A DNA stretch of 64,000 bases from the human T2T-CHM13v2.0 reference genome, Homo sapiens, in NCBI RefSeq assembly GCF_009914755.1, contig NC_060932.1. One strand, written 5' to 3'. A program made the translations under genes and the position numbers. Of the stretch, positions 38,368 through 51,129 are shown in pieces. Each line of letters starts with the position of its first letter. The first letter of the stretch is position 1. The notes under the pieces were generated by a model. It saw nothing but the letters and a program-made list of their open reading frames with translations, had not been told where the DNA came from and did not search any database.

Positions 38368-41079
38368 GTTACTTATATATACTACCACCTCTTCATTAGA
38401 GTATGTTCTATTGTAAAGAACCCACCTGCAGAAAAAGCAATGAACTTCAGCATGTATTTGGCAATTTAGAATAGATGCAACTTTGTCATCCAAATAAGAC
38501 AGTCAGCCCATTCAGAATACAAACTTTTGTGATAACCTGATAGGGCATGAAAATTCATAGGAAGTGCTCTCATGGTCCAAGAATAGAAGGAAGAAATATT
38601 TTTATTAGTCTCCCAAGATTTTGTTTCAGGATGCTAGAGGTCATTGCCACCCTAGATTTCACGCTTTAACTTCTCTCTCATTGGGTCACTCGTGATGCAA
38701 CCCCAAGTGTTGGATGCCACTTTAAATAGCTACTTCAAGCCTACGCCACAGCAGTGCCAAGGACAGCCAAGTCAACCCGGTGCAGCTCCAGATGGGTTTG
38801 CTTGGTTGCAGCATCCGTCACTGCAACCAACCTCAGGATATTTGCACAGGAGAGGAAGAACCCTAGCCTTCAAGTCATCGTTTTAGCTTTAATCAATATA
38901 CTATCTAGAGCTCAATTTGGAATACTGAAGGGCAGTTGTCCTATCTGTTGTCATCTAAGTTAAGTTCTTAACCAAATGGATTCTTCAAATATAGATTTTT
39001 TAAAACACTCACATTTTAGTTTGTATCTTAGAATTGCATTTGTATCTGGCAACATTTTGTATAGGACCATCTAACTTGTACATTCATGTCAGAGCATGTA
39101 GTTTTATTCAGGATTTGGTTGAATTAAAAAATAAATCAATGACACTCTGAAGAACAGCAACAGAGTCATGCTGTGATAAATTAGATGTATTTCATTAATA
39201 CAATGGAAATTTACTTTGGGAAACTAGCAGAGGCCCTACATAATATCCCTGTGGTGAACAACCTGTTCTATTTCAGTGCATTTTTTAGTTTAGAGGCAGA
39301 AAAACGTTAGTAGGTAATCTTACTTTCTAAAAGGTGATAATTTGCCATACTACAGATGGAATGAACTATGTATGCAGTGAAAATATGAAATAGTAGGCCA
39401 GAATCTAGGATAACATGAATTTGCCATTTCATATTTGCTATGTAAAAAAGCTAACACACTTTATTATATTTCTTAAAAGAATTCTGCAGGTGTGAAAATT
39501 ATTGTGTTATATAAGTAAAGTAATTGCATTATGAGTAATATTAAAATTCAAAGCAAAAAAAATCGGTTTTAAGCCCTGGTCTTTATTTTTCAGACTCTAA
39601 CTCATGAGCCATTATAAATATTTTAAATTACATGGAATATTTACCAAGTGCTAGTCACACACACCTTTTAAAAATAGTTTTATATACAGATTAGCCTGAG
39701 GAAACTTTAAGGCAGTAAACTGTTTTGATAGGCAGATTTTAACAATATACCAAGTGTATTTATGAACTTAAAGAAATAAATATTATAATTGAAAAAAAAC
39801 TGTTTTGGATTCTTTGTTTACCCATCTTGGTTGAGTTGTTTGGCAAATGCCAAAGCTTTGATGAGCTTTTCTCCCCCGTTGCACTTTGATGCATACATTT
39901 AAAAATAAGTGAGCCTGCAGATCAGATGACAGGCCTTTGCTGTTTATCTGACCTGGCTGTGGTGGGGTGGGTGGCCTCATGGTGTACTTTCTGTGCAGAA
40001 GAGGTTCTCTAAGGCACCATATTGCCACCAATGGGAACTTGGAAAATATCCAGATGTCATTTTCATTGCAGCACGGCCCAAATAAGGAAATGTCTTTCTT
40101 TCTTCCTTCAGCCATGATTTTATTTCTGCCTGAGGAGGTTCTGTTAATCTCTACATACCTGCTTCTTAGCTCCTTTCCCACTGCCTGCTCCGCTCAGAGC
40201 CCCACTGAGCCCCTCGAGAGCCCTCCTCACCTAGGACTGTTTGGGTTATACTTTACTGAACAACTGTTGATTTTCTACTGAATTTCTTTGGCTCCAATCA
40301 GACTTCATATTTATTTTTCATCTGGTTGTAAATCTCTTCATGAGTTGATGTCTACTTAAATTTTCACAAAATTGAATATTGTAAGAGTCCGAATTGAAGA
40401 AGCTAGCTCACCCTCCAAATGGATTTCATTTGGACTTTAATCTATAAAGAAGGTGTGTGTTTTTCTTTATCCTAAAGCATCGGAGGCTAAGACAAGTAGA
40501 ATTTTCTCTTGTCAACTCTTTAAAATCAGCATCTACATAATACTTTTCCTCTCCCTTTGAGAGAAGCTGATTCTTCACCCACCCTCTGCCCTCCCTTAAT
40601 CCGTGAACTCGGGCTGTGCAAGTTAAGCTGGTTTTACTTTCCGCTTTCTCGTAATAGCGTCACTATCCCCAGAGCCTTCTATTTGAGCAGAAATTTAACT
40701 CTGGGGAAAGAGACTGTTAATTGATACCTAATACAGTAACAGATGCTTTCACAAGGCTGTATTAGCTTCTGTTTTCAAAGTCCTCTGTGAGGTATGGATA
40801 CAACTTCCTAGTATCATCAGAGTGTTCTTGCAACCCTTACTCTATCTTCTTATTCTGAGACCAATTCTTTTCTAACAATACTGCTTCCTTCCCAGCCTGG
40901 GGGAAAAAAAGGAACTTGTTCCCTGCAGTCCAGGGTCATGAAGTGAAAAGCACTTTCTCACATCCCCTCAGTAATTAATATGACTTTCTCAAAACAGCAG
41001 GAGGGGAGAGATTTATATTTATATTGAGTGTCTGCTATGTGCCATACACTAAGCTTGTTGATTTTTTGATGTTGACTCC

Positions 41080-41280
41080 ACAACTTTTTCTGTAAAGGGC
41101 CAGAGAGTCACTATTTTCTGCTCCATGGGCCATAAGGTTTCTGTTGCAACTACTCAGCTCTGCTGCTGTGGTGAGAAAGCAACCACGGGCACTATGGAAA
41201 CCAATGGAAGTAGCTGGGTTCCTATAAAGCTTGACAGCAGGTGAATTTAGCCCACAGGCCATAGTTTGCCAACCACTACT
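41080..41280. mobile_element. MER58A (hAT-Charlie) inserted in a MIR
   Basis: actttttctgtaaagggccagagagt...gttgcaactactcagctctgc...ggccatagtttgccaacc; MIR-like flanks. Confidence 0.8.
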
Positions 41281-41439
41281 TTATATCAATCCTATGAGAA
41301 CACATCATTAATTGTATTACAGAGATTAGAGAGTTGAAACCCAGAAATATCAAATGTGTGTCGAGTGCCCCACACTAATGCCATATTGATATTCATACCC
41401 AGTCTAGCCACAGCCTGGCTTTCTCACAGTTGTATTTCT

Positions 41440-42500
41440 AGTTGTATTTTTCATTCCTTTCCTATCATTGTCCAATAGTCTCATCACTTCTTGATATTCA
41501 CTGAAGGCTTTGGTTTATCACTTAAAATCATCTTATACCGTACCCACTTGCTATCCCACAGGACAACAGTGAATCATAAATTCCACCCTAAATATTTCAC
41601 ATTTTGAACTCTGTTAGCATATGGATAAAACTAGTCTGTCTTTGGGATCTTGAATCCTATTTACAACCATGGAGCCCCCTTCCATTTCCCACTAAATCTA
41701 CATTTTGTCCCTACTGCAAGTTCTCTTACCTTTACTTATCCTATTCCTTTTCTGCTGAGTTAGGACCACTGGATGCACTGCTATGATCTAGACCTTGATC
41801 ATCTCATGCTTGGACTATTGTTGTAAGTCATGAACTGGGCATTTTCATTTCATTCCTGGCCTCCCCCCTCAATTCTAATCCATTCTCCATTTAGCCAACA
41901 GAATTAAAATATGTCTTTCTTGTGGGCCTCTCCTGAATTAAAAACTGCAATGATTCCCCACTGCCTGCGATCTAGTCCAAACTCCTTAGCATTGCATTTA
42001 TGATCCCTCACAACCCTCCTATATAACCATATGCCTTACCACTTCTCAAACACAGTGCCCCAGGTGTTGCAGACTACCAACCATTCCTGAAGACAGGGCT
42101 CTGGTCTAGACAGGTTGTTCACTGAACTCAACAGAGTATTTCCACATGGCTATATCCATCCAGAAGGAACATCATTTTTTTCTAGTTTGCTCAAATGTGC
42201 CTCATATACGAGCTGCAGCCACACCTGCACGTACCTGGCACAGTCACACACCTATGGCCACCACTACTTCCTTCTCTGTCCTTCTTTCTGTCTCAGCTCA
42301 TATGTCACGCTCCTGTGAGGTCTGCCTGATTCTCTCTCTAACCTGTTTTCCCCTAGTTCTCTCTTCATCCTTGTAATCTCATGATTTTGACTGTGCTGTG
42401 TTCAACTGCTCAGCTAGGTTGCAGCACTTGAAGAATCCGAACTGTTTCTTATCTTCAATTACTGATACCTAGCATAGCTCCTGACACATAAAGAACACTG
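41440..42500 (+). mobile_element. L2 fragment
   Basis: atcatctcatgcttggactattg...tccattctccat...gtccaaactccttagcattgcatt...acctagcatagctcctgacacata. Confidence 0.6.
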
Positions 42501-43067
42501 ACTGTGCCTCCAAATGACACAGGAGGGCAGGAATAACAGCAAAACTAAATGTTTCACAGTATTCCTATTTCTCTGTGAAGACTAAATAGCATAGATAGAG
42601 GTTGGGTATCTGATTCTAGCGATTAGACCTGAGTAATGCTGGGTTTGTTTTCAACAGTTTAAGAAAGCCGGATGTCTTCCTGGTTTTAAATGGTTGTACG
42701 TTTTCGATATAGGCTGAGAACCACAGATGTGGGTTTTACATTTTTACATTGTATAAACTCTCCATCTAAAATAGCAGTGTAGGCTGCTCTGTATGCTACA
42801 GGGTTTATGCAAAGAAAGGAATCAGGTGCTTCTGACAGGCAGGTTTGCAGATGCTTTGCTTTGCTTTGCTAGGGTTGCTCATTTGGTTATCGGAACTGTG
42901 GGCTCTGGGAACTCTTGTCATAGGTAAAGTGTAGCCTTTGTGTGGAGGAGAGCTTGATCTGACCCCCAGGGGATAGGCAGCCCTTCTACCACTGATGGCA
43001 GATGGATAGATCATTTATTTAGGTTCAACCATCCACCCTTTACAGGTCCTAGGCCCCAAGTGGAGTT

Positions 43068-43507
43068 TGTGAAGCAGGTTCAAGTGCATTGGTTACCAAC
43101 TCGTCTGAGTCTAATGAGACACAACACCCCCACATATAAGTTACATGAAGCAGACTTATTACTTACAGATAGGCAGCAAGGGACAATAGAAACCTAGAAG
43201 TCAGGGCAAGCTGCATCCCCCAAGGCTCAGGAAAGCTGCCCAGGGCAGATGGAATCTTATCTGCATGTGCCCTACTTGCACTGCAGCAGAGGGACCGCAG
43301 AAGGCATCCTGTTCAGGGCTTTAAGGAACTAAAGCATTGGAAGGCATCCCATTTCTACGGGAGATTGGAATAGAGCCCTGGCTGTTCTGGCCAGTCCCTG
43401 TCTCAGATGTTGCACTTCCAGCACATTCTACAGTTATTCTAGAGAGCTACAAGCAAGAAAGAGGGGAGTCTGTGTTGGTACAAGGCCACCTGGGGAGCTG
43501 TCCCTCA
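43068..43507. mobile_element. ERVL-type solo LTR (MER54/LTR47/LTR53 group; exact family uncertain)
   Basis: TG...CA ends and near-TSD gagtt/gagct; tgaagcaggttca...ggttaccaact...aagttacatgaagc...ttattacttacagataggcagcaaggg. Confidence 0.75.
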
Positions 43508-43647
43508 GAGCTATCCCAGTACTCAGGAGAAGTTACAAATGTGGATAAGTCCAGAGTTTGAATCAAGATAGACCTCCAAGATAATGTCTTTTTGTGAGGA
43601 TTTGAAGATAGTCTGAAACAAATAAGTTCTTTTTAAAACTTGTACGA

Positions 43648-43941
43648 TTTTAGAGACAAGATCTTGCTCTTTTCCTCAGGCTACAGTGCAGTGATGCCAT
43701 CATAGCTCACCGTAACCTCAAACTCCTGGGCTCAAGCAATTCTCCTGCCTCAGCCTCCTGAGTAGCTGGGACTATAGATGAGCACCACCACACCCAACTA
43801 ATTTTTAAAAAATTATTTTTTTTGTAGAGACGAGGTCTTGGGATGTTGCCAGCCTGGTCTCAAACTCCTGGCCTCAAGCAAGCCTGCCATGTAGGCTTCC
43901 CAAAATGCTGGGATTACAGGCATGAGCCACCATGCCCGGCT
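43648..43941 (-). mobile_element. AluJ
   Basis: catcatagctcaccgtaacctcaaactcctgggctcaagc...gctgggattacaggcatgagccacc. Confidence 0.92.
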
Positions 43942-46561
43942 TTGAAAAAATACATTCTTAATGATGTAATGTGAAAAGGGGAAATCAAGAATCTTTATTT
44001 TTACTACAAAACGTAAAAGAATAATAATGGTATCAGCTTAGGGGAACTGACTTTCATTGTAATCCAAAAAAAAAAATTTTTGGAAACTCCTAAGTTCAGG
44101 ATTTAGATAAATATTAGGCATTCCTTTTTCTTTCAAAAATGCTTTTTATCAGCATGCTACTTGGTGATAAAGAATGTTCAATTCAAATATTATTCTGGTA
44201 TTTCAGACCTTACTGATGGGATTCTCTAATTTAGCTTTTCAGAAAGAGCCTTAATCAGTCCCTTTTAAATTCTGACTTGTTTCAATTTAATAATTCATAA
44301 AATTATTGTTTGAAGAGTTATTTTGTGCATTAGAAATCTTTAAGCCTTATATACATCTTCTAAGAATTTTAATGAGATAATTGCTAAGAGTAAAATTGTA
44401 TCCACTTGTTTAAACCTTCCACATGATATCTGTTTTTGAGTTTTTAGTAGATTGCATTATAAATTAATTCTTTCAAAATTCTGTGGCAAAAAAAAAACAA
44501 AAAAAAACCTGTCACATTATTTTCAGTTCTGCTGTTAATTATTTGTGCACTGAAGTGGAAACACACTTCAACCTGTAGGGCTGTGTAGACTCTTAGCAGG
44601 GCTTTTGCCTTTTTTCCCTGAAAGATCATGGGAAGCCTGGGCGAGTTCTGAGCAGTAGTGATCTGACTCACATGGCACCAGGCTCCCCTCAGCTCCTGCA
44701 TTGAAAATAGAAAATTGAAAAGATGAACCCAGAGACTTTTGTAATAATTCTGGAGAGAGACTGAATCCCATTAAATGGTAAAACTATATAGAATGAGTGC
44801 ATTTATTTATTCAATGAAAAATCATCTAAAATATTTTTACATTTCATGTCTTTCATCTTAAAACTGGGGTTTATGGGTACATTGTCCTAGATACCCATTT
44901 TTTTTAATTATGAGGAAAAAAATGCTATCTTTCATAATTTAGATTTCAACAGTTACAACAATAGAATATCAAAAAAAAAAAAAAAAACAAACAAAACCCA
45001 AACCCAAAACCAAAAATACCTCTTTTTAAAGTTAAACCAGTTTAAGAATGCCAGTGGTGGTAGGTTTGTTTTCAGCAATCCTCATAATTATCGTTGTTTA
45101 GTGCTGTCAAAACAAAACAAAACAAAACAAAAAAAAACAGAAAAAAACCGTTTAGAGGAAAAGAACATTTAGACAAAAGTAAAACCAGGCACAGACAGAT
45201 CTAGATACCTTTTTTAAGGGCATTTAAAGAGGATTTTTTAAAAAAGTCAATCAGAGACAACATATAGACACACATATAAACTGGCAAAGCCAGACAAAGA
45301 TAAATATGAGGGAGTCCATGAAAGCGGGGAGAGTTAAAGTCTCGGAAATGCCCTGGACCCTGTTTGGCTCTGGAGCCTGGGAGTGAGGCTCAGAGCTGAC
45401 ACTCCTAATGGCCTTTTCTCACCTCTGCTCCTCAGGGCTGGTTCCATTTAAATGAAGGATGCAGTCCTTTTTGTTTTTGTTTGATTATGGAACAGAGAAA
45501 AAAACTATTAAAAAAAAACTCTTACCTTTTACTACTTCCGTAACTATAAATAGCAGTCATGATTTATAGGAAGTGAAAAATATATATTTTTTAAATTTAG
45601 ACCAAGATTCACCCAATGATAACATAAACCACTCTCACCTGCCCACCCGTGCCCTTGCAGGAACATGGACTATGTATCAGGAAAACCACAGCAAATATCT
45701 TTGTAATTTTGATTTAGTAAACAGGTAAAATATTATTTCTATTGAATGAAAAAGGCATGGTCTTATACATTTATAATGCTTAAAATCATGGAAAACCCTT
45801 TGGTATTTGCTTTGTGGTTATTTGCTCTTAACAAAAACTACCATCTGGAGCCCAGATTTGGAGTTGCTAAAGATAAAGAAAAAAAAAATCAGAAACCCTT
45901 GCTCCTTTCTCTCTCCCCATCTCTCCCATCTCTCTTGGCTCCCTAGTCCAGATTATCACAAAGAGGTTGAAGTCGTTTGGAGGAGGCCTCTGGAGCCTCA
46001 CCTTGCTGAATATGGCTCTGGAACTCTGCCAGGGATGTACCCACCTCTCGTGCCATAGGCTGCTCGTCTCTAAGGTAGGGTGGTCATGATTTCTGTCCCA
46101 TGGAGTCTTGCTGAAGACTGAATGATTTAATACTTGTGACATGGCTTAGCATAATACCTGGCAAATAGGGAGCACTAAATAAGGGGTTTTTTTTTGTTGT
46201 TATTGTTAGTTTCTGTCCCTGGCCAAGTGGCAGACTATAGACAAGAGATGCAATAAGTTTTGTACACAATTCCCAACTAACACAGAGGAATTGCCAGGAA
46301 TTCCCTAGGAATTCTTCATAATATATAAGTTGATACAATTTTCTTTTAAGAAACTCCCATGCATTTATTTGTTTCTTCTTGACTGCATTTTCTGTGAATA
46401 TATGTTCATTTCCTCAGTTAGAGCTTAAACCCCTTGAAGGCTTGTTTTATTTTCTTGTTTTATCTTCTCTCTCTTTCTGATGCTTAAATTAGTGTTTAGA
46501 ATGTGTTGCAAAGCATTAATCACATGATCAATAAATGCTTAGTTTTTCAATGTTTTCTTTA

Positions 46562-46690
46562 TTTCTTTTTCTAGAGACAGGGTCTCTCTATGTTACTCAG
46601 GCTGGTCTTGAACTCCTGGCCTCAAGTGATCCTCCTGCTTCAGCCTCCCAAAGTGTTGGGATTACAGGCATGAGCCGTGATGCCCAACGG
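46562..46690 (-). mobile_element. FLAM_C (free left Alu monomer)
   Basis: Single monomer bounded by the 12-bp TSD atgttttcttta at 46550-46561 and 46691-46702. Confidence 0.88.
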
Positions 46691-48463
46691 ATGTTTTCTT
46701 TAAAGACAGAAGTTATATCAATGATGGAAAAAAGAGAAAAACCTAAGATTTTTCATATGAGTGATTATGACAAAATATGATTGTTTTGTAACAGAGATCT
46801 ATTGGTGTTTTTCTGAGCAGATTTGGAAAATACCTTATTTCGGCCAAATAATGGCAACTGACATTTGTTTGAATTTGTCATTTGATATTTTAAAAATCTA
46901 AATTTTCAAAAGAAAAAGGAAACTGGCAGTTTGAAAGACAGTAGTTTGAAACATTTAAAAGGGTATGGTATTTCTGTCTAGTCAGATCACTTCCAAAAAT
47001 TAATTGCTATTTCTTATGTTCTCTTTCACTCTAAGTAGACTCTTATTAATCCACCAGCATTCCTAAAAAATGACATGGTGATGTTTTTCCGTGTGGAGAA
47101 GAAAAAATGTCCACACTGTCAGATGCCTTAGGCTTACCAGAATGAATTCCTACAGCATTTCCATTCCCTACCTCTTACTGCAGAAAAGAAAAACTTTTAT
47201 AAAATTAGCCACTTGGAAATCTGTGAGGCTGGTTACCAGTGTCAAACCCATTACCGTGTGTCAACTCCACTTTGAACAACTGTCTTTGAGGAATGAAAAG
47301 ATTCCATTTGTAGCCACTTTTTATGGTTGAGGTTTTAGAGTTCCAGGTGGTAGTTAAATTAGAATTTCTCTATTGTATACAAAAGCCCTAAGATGATTGG
47401 ATTAGTTCACCAAAAAGACAACAAAATTTATAAATTGAAATCATTTTTGAAACAAATGTGTTCAACGTTTTGTAATTCCTGCACTTAGTCACAGAGGGGG
47501 AGAAAAGAAAAATCTCTCAATAGAAAAGAACTAAGGAAATTGAAAAGCCTGATAGCCTGATAGTGCAGAAGGACATGATGTCTGGGAAACAGACAAGCAT
47601 TAATTGTCTACCATAATACTTTTCATGTTATCGTATTTCAGTTGCACAATAATCCCCTGAGTTGGGTGCTCTCATTCTTACTTTTGAGGATGAAAAACTA
47701 AAGCTTAGAGAGATTAAGTAACAAAACCAGGGGCATTTTCAACTTGAAATTCTGTTTAGAGTAATTCCATCAGCCATGCTGTCCAGACATTGTAAACAAC
47801 CCTCGAAAAAAGAAGGCAAACTATAGTCAACAATCCAACCACATCACATTTTTTAAAAGCTGCCTCCAGTCCTAGGACCTGGGTCACTTCCAGGGTCATT
47901 TATTCAATTTCCTAGCCATCAGGAAGTAAACTCTACAGAATGAATAACATATGATCCTCTCGAAGGTTGCTAGGTATTCTCAAACTTGGTGTTGGCCTCT
48001 TTTAATTTTTTATTAAAATACGGCCTATTGATAGCAAAGATGAATCTTAAATTTTCTGTTTGACTTTATACTACAGTGTATTACTGTTGAGAAAGAAACA
48101 GTTCTTGAGATTTTTTTCCTGGAATTTACTCAGTATGTATAGACTGGATAGTGCAGAAATAACAAATCCTGACTTTGTGAACTTGATGAAACAGGTCATC
48201 AAAGCGTGGCTGCTTCAGGACCTTGTTTTTGTTTCCTGGCTTTTCACCCTGAATAACAATCCACTTGTCAGCCTATCCACCTCCCGAGACTGAAAGCTTC
48301 TTGAAGACAGGGAGTATAGCTCTTAGCTGATGATTTCCAGCTCCTTGCACAGTGACAGCATGGTAGGTTCTCTGTGGATGGTGGCTCAGTGAAAGAAGCA
48401 GCGAATGACTTTGTTACATCTAAATACACTTATGTAGTCTTAGTCCAAATATTGAAAATGTAG

Positions 48464-48775
48464 GGCCAGCTGCAGTGGCTCACACCTTTAATCCCAGCAC
48501 TTTGGGAGGCCAAGGCAGGAGCATCAATCTTTTGAGCCCAGGAGTTTGAGAGCAGCCTGGACAACATGGTGAAATGTGGGCTGTATAAGAAAAATACAAA
48601 AATTAGCTGGGTATGGTGTCCTGTGCCTGCAGTCCAGCTACTCAGGAGACTGAGGTGGGAGAATTGCTTAAGCTGGGGAGGTTGAGGCTATACTGAGAGT
48701 CATCATGATCACACCACTGCACTCCAGCCTGGGCCAAAGAGTTAGACCCTGTCTCAATGGGAAAAAAAAGGAAAG
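48464..48775 (+). mobile_element. AluJ
   Basis: Diverged dimer with an A-rich tail; aaatgta repeated on both flanks. Confidence 0.92.
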
Positions 48776-49231
48776 AAAAGGAAATGTAAACTCCATAACA
48801 GGATGAAACTTTATTTTAAGTCACTTTTTATTTGTTAAAGTTGTTAAGGTTATTACATCTAGATTACATGAAGAAAATAGGGTTAAATATTTCTTTATAA
48901 TTGGGCATGTGTCCATGAGCTGCAGCCAGAGTTAACTTTATAAAATGATTCATTGAAAATCTGAAAGAGAATGGATTTAAATGTCCATTTGCTTTCAAGA
49001 AAAAATGGTTAATGTTATGCTCCTTGTGCACTGTTTTTGTGGAACACATTTACTGAAAAGCCATTCTCCTGATTTTTGGACTAGAACAGAACTGGCTCTG
49101 GAAACATGGTCACATCTCTTAAACCTGAAAGTTCTGTCTTCCTCATAAATTTTTACAGTGGCACATTTTAGAGTTTTTGATTTTTATTTTCTAAGTTTTC
49201 TTCCAGTCTGAGGATTCTGAATCTCTCTGGG

Positions 49232-49561
<330 letters not shown>

Positions 49562-49633
49562 TTTCTTGTACTTTTCTCATCCCATTTTACAGGTGAGGGA
49601 ACAGAGGCACAGACAAATTAAGAAACATGGCCT

Positions 49634-49948
49634 GTCAGGCATGATGGCCTATGTCTGTATTCCCAGTGCTTTGAGAGGCGAAGGCAGGAAGATTGCATGA
49701 GGCCAGGAGTTTGATACCAGCCTGGACAACATAATGAGACCCTGTCTCTACAATAAAAAATAAATAAAAAAAAAAATTAAAAATTAGCCAGGCTGTAGTC
49801 CTAGCTACTCTGGAGGCTGAGGTGGGAGAATTGCTTGAGCCCAGGAGTTCAAGGCTGCTGTGAACTATGATGGCACCACTACACTCCAGCCTGGGTGACA
49901 GAGCCAGACACCATCTCAAAAACAAGAACAACAACAAAGCAACAAAAA
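49634..49948 (+). mobile_element. AluJ inserted in a MIR (about 49575-50050)
   Basis: TSD aagaaacatg(g/c)cct at 49620-49633 and 49949-49962; MIR core cccattttacaggtgagggaacagaggcacaga upstream. Confidence 0.9.
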
Positions 49949-50456
49949 AAGAAACATGCCCTGAGTCACATAGCTGGTCAGTGGCTTAGCTAGGGATTGA
50001 ACTCATAGTCTGATACCAGATTTTCTGGGCTGAATCACTGTGCACACTGCTCCACTCAGGCAGCAGTACAAAAACTTGGAGGAAAACATACCAACAAGGA
50101 GAGGACAGGCAACCCTAGAAAGGACAGGGAGCTCAGCTGAATAGGTAGTCCAGAGCCCACACCAACAGTTTATTTCTTATAGACCAAAACAGTATAAGGT
50201 GACCCTGAATGTGTGAGTGTAGGTTCCTTCTTCTGCAGATCATATAGAATGAATGATGGCAAATAAATGCATTAATTTAATTCACTTAGAAGATTTATTT
50301 GTAATTTTGGACTATGTGTCGTCTATTGTCTGTTTTGCGTCAAAGTTTGTAGTATAGAGAAAAGTCTAAAAAAAGAAAAAAAGAAAAAAAAAGAGAAAAG
50401 TGTATATTTATCTTTTCAGCATATGCTCTCCTGTTAGTTCAGTATGTGAGTTAGAA

Positions 50457-51129
50457 CAGTGCCTCTCAATAGGAGTGGCACCTCTCTATAAGGAAGCAGT
50501 GTGTGTGTAGGGGGATTGTCTCATGACTGTGGCACTATCAGTGCTTGGTAGTGGAGACTGGGATACTCTACTTCCTGCCATGCTTACAGCCATCCTACGG
50601 AAGGAGGAGCTGATAGACTTCAAAAGCATGTATAATTATCTAAACCTAGAACCTAATTCTGTTGACATATTTTTAAACTGAGTTTTAGTAAACACTGAAT
50701 TTTTCAGGAATACAACAAAAGTGTAAATCTAAGACTGATTGTACTTTCTTTTGCTCTGAATTTTATAGGGATGTTCAGTCTTTCTGAGAAATTGCGTATC
50801 AGTTGCAACACTGCTCATGTTGTCTGAATCACTAATAACATACATCTGCAGATGCTGCTTTCATGGTGATTATACAACTAAGGGCAGGCATGTGACCACT
50901 TTATTCTGGTGGTCTAGCCTGAGCATTTACATTCTGGAAATACAGATTACTTTACTATAACTTATTTTCCTTTTATCGCTTTTATATTATAGCTCATTAG
51001 GCTCTTATAATGATTTTTACAGTGTATGTGTAGATTATCCACAAATTTCACTGACGTATAGTAAAAGAGGCCACACAAAATGATGCTTTTCAAAGGAGGT
51101 GTTACAAGTGATAAAATTCAGAATTCCTG
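50457..51129. mobile_element. Old hAT-Charlie element (MER20B/Charlie4-like)
   Basis: Starts cagtgcctctcaa and ends ...cagaattcctg; MER20-like block near the start. Family tentative. Confidence 0.45.
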
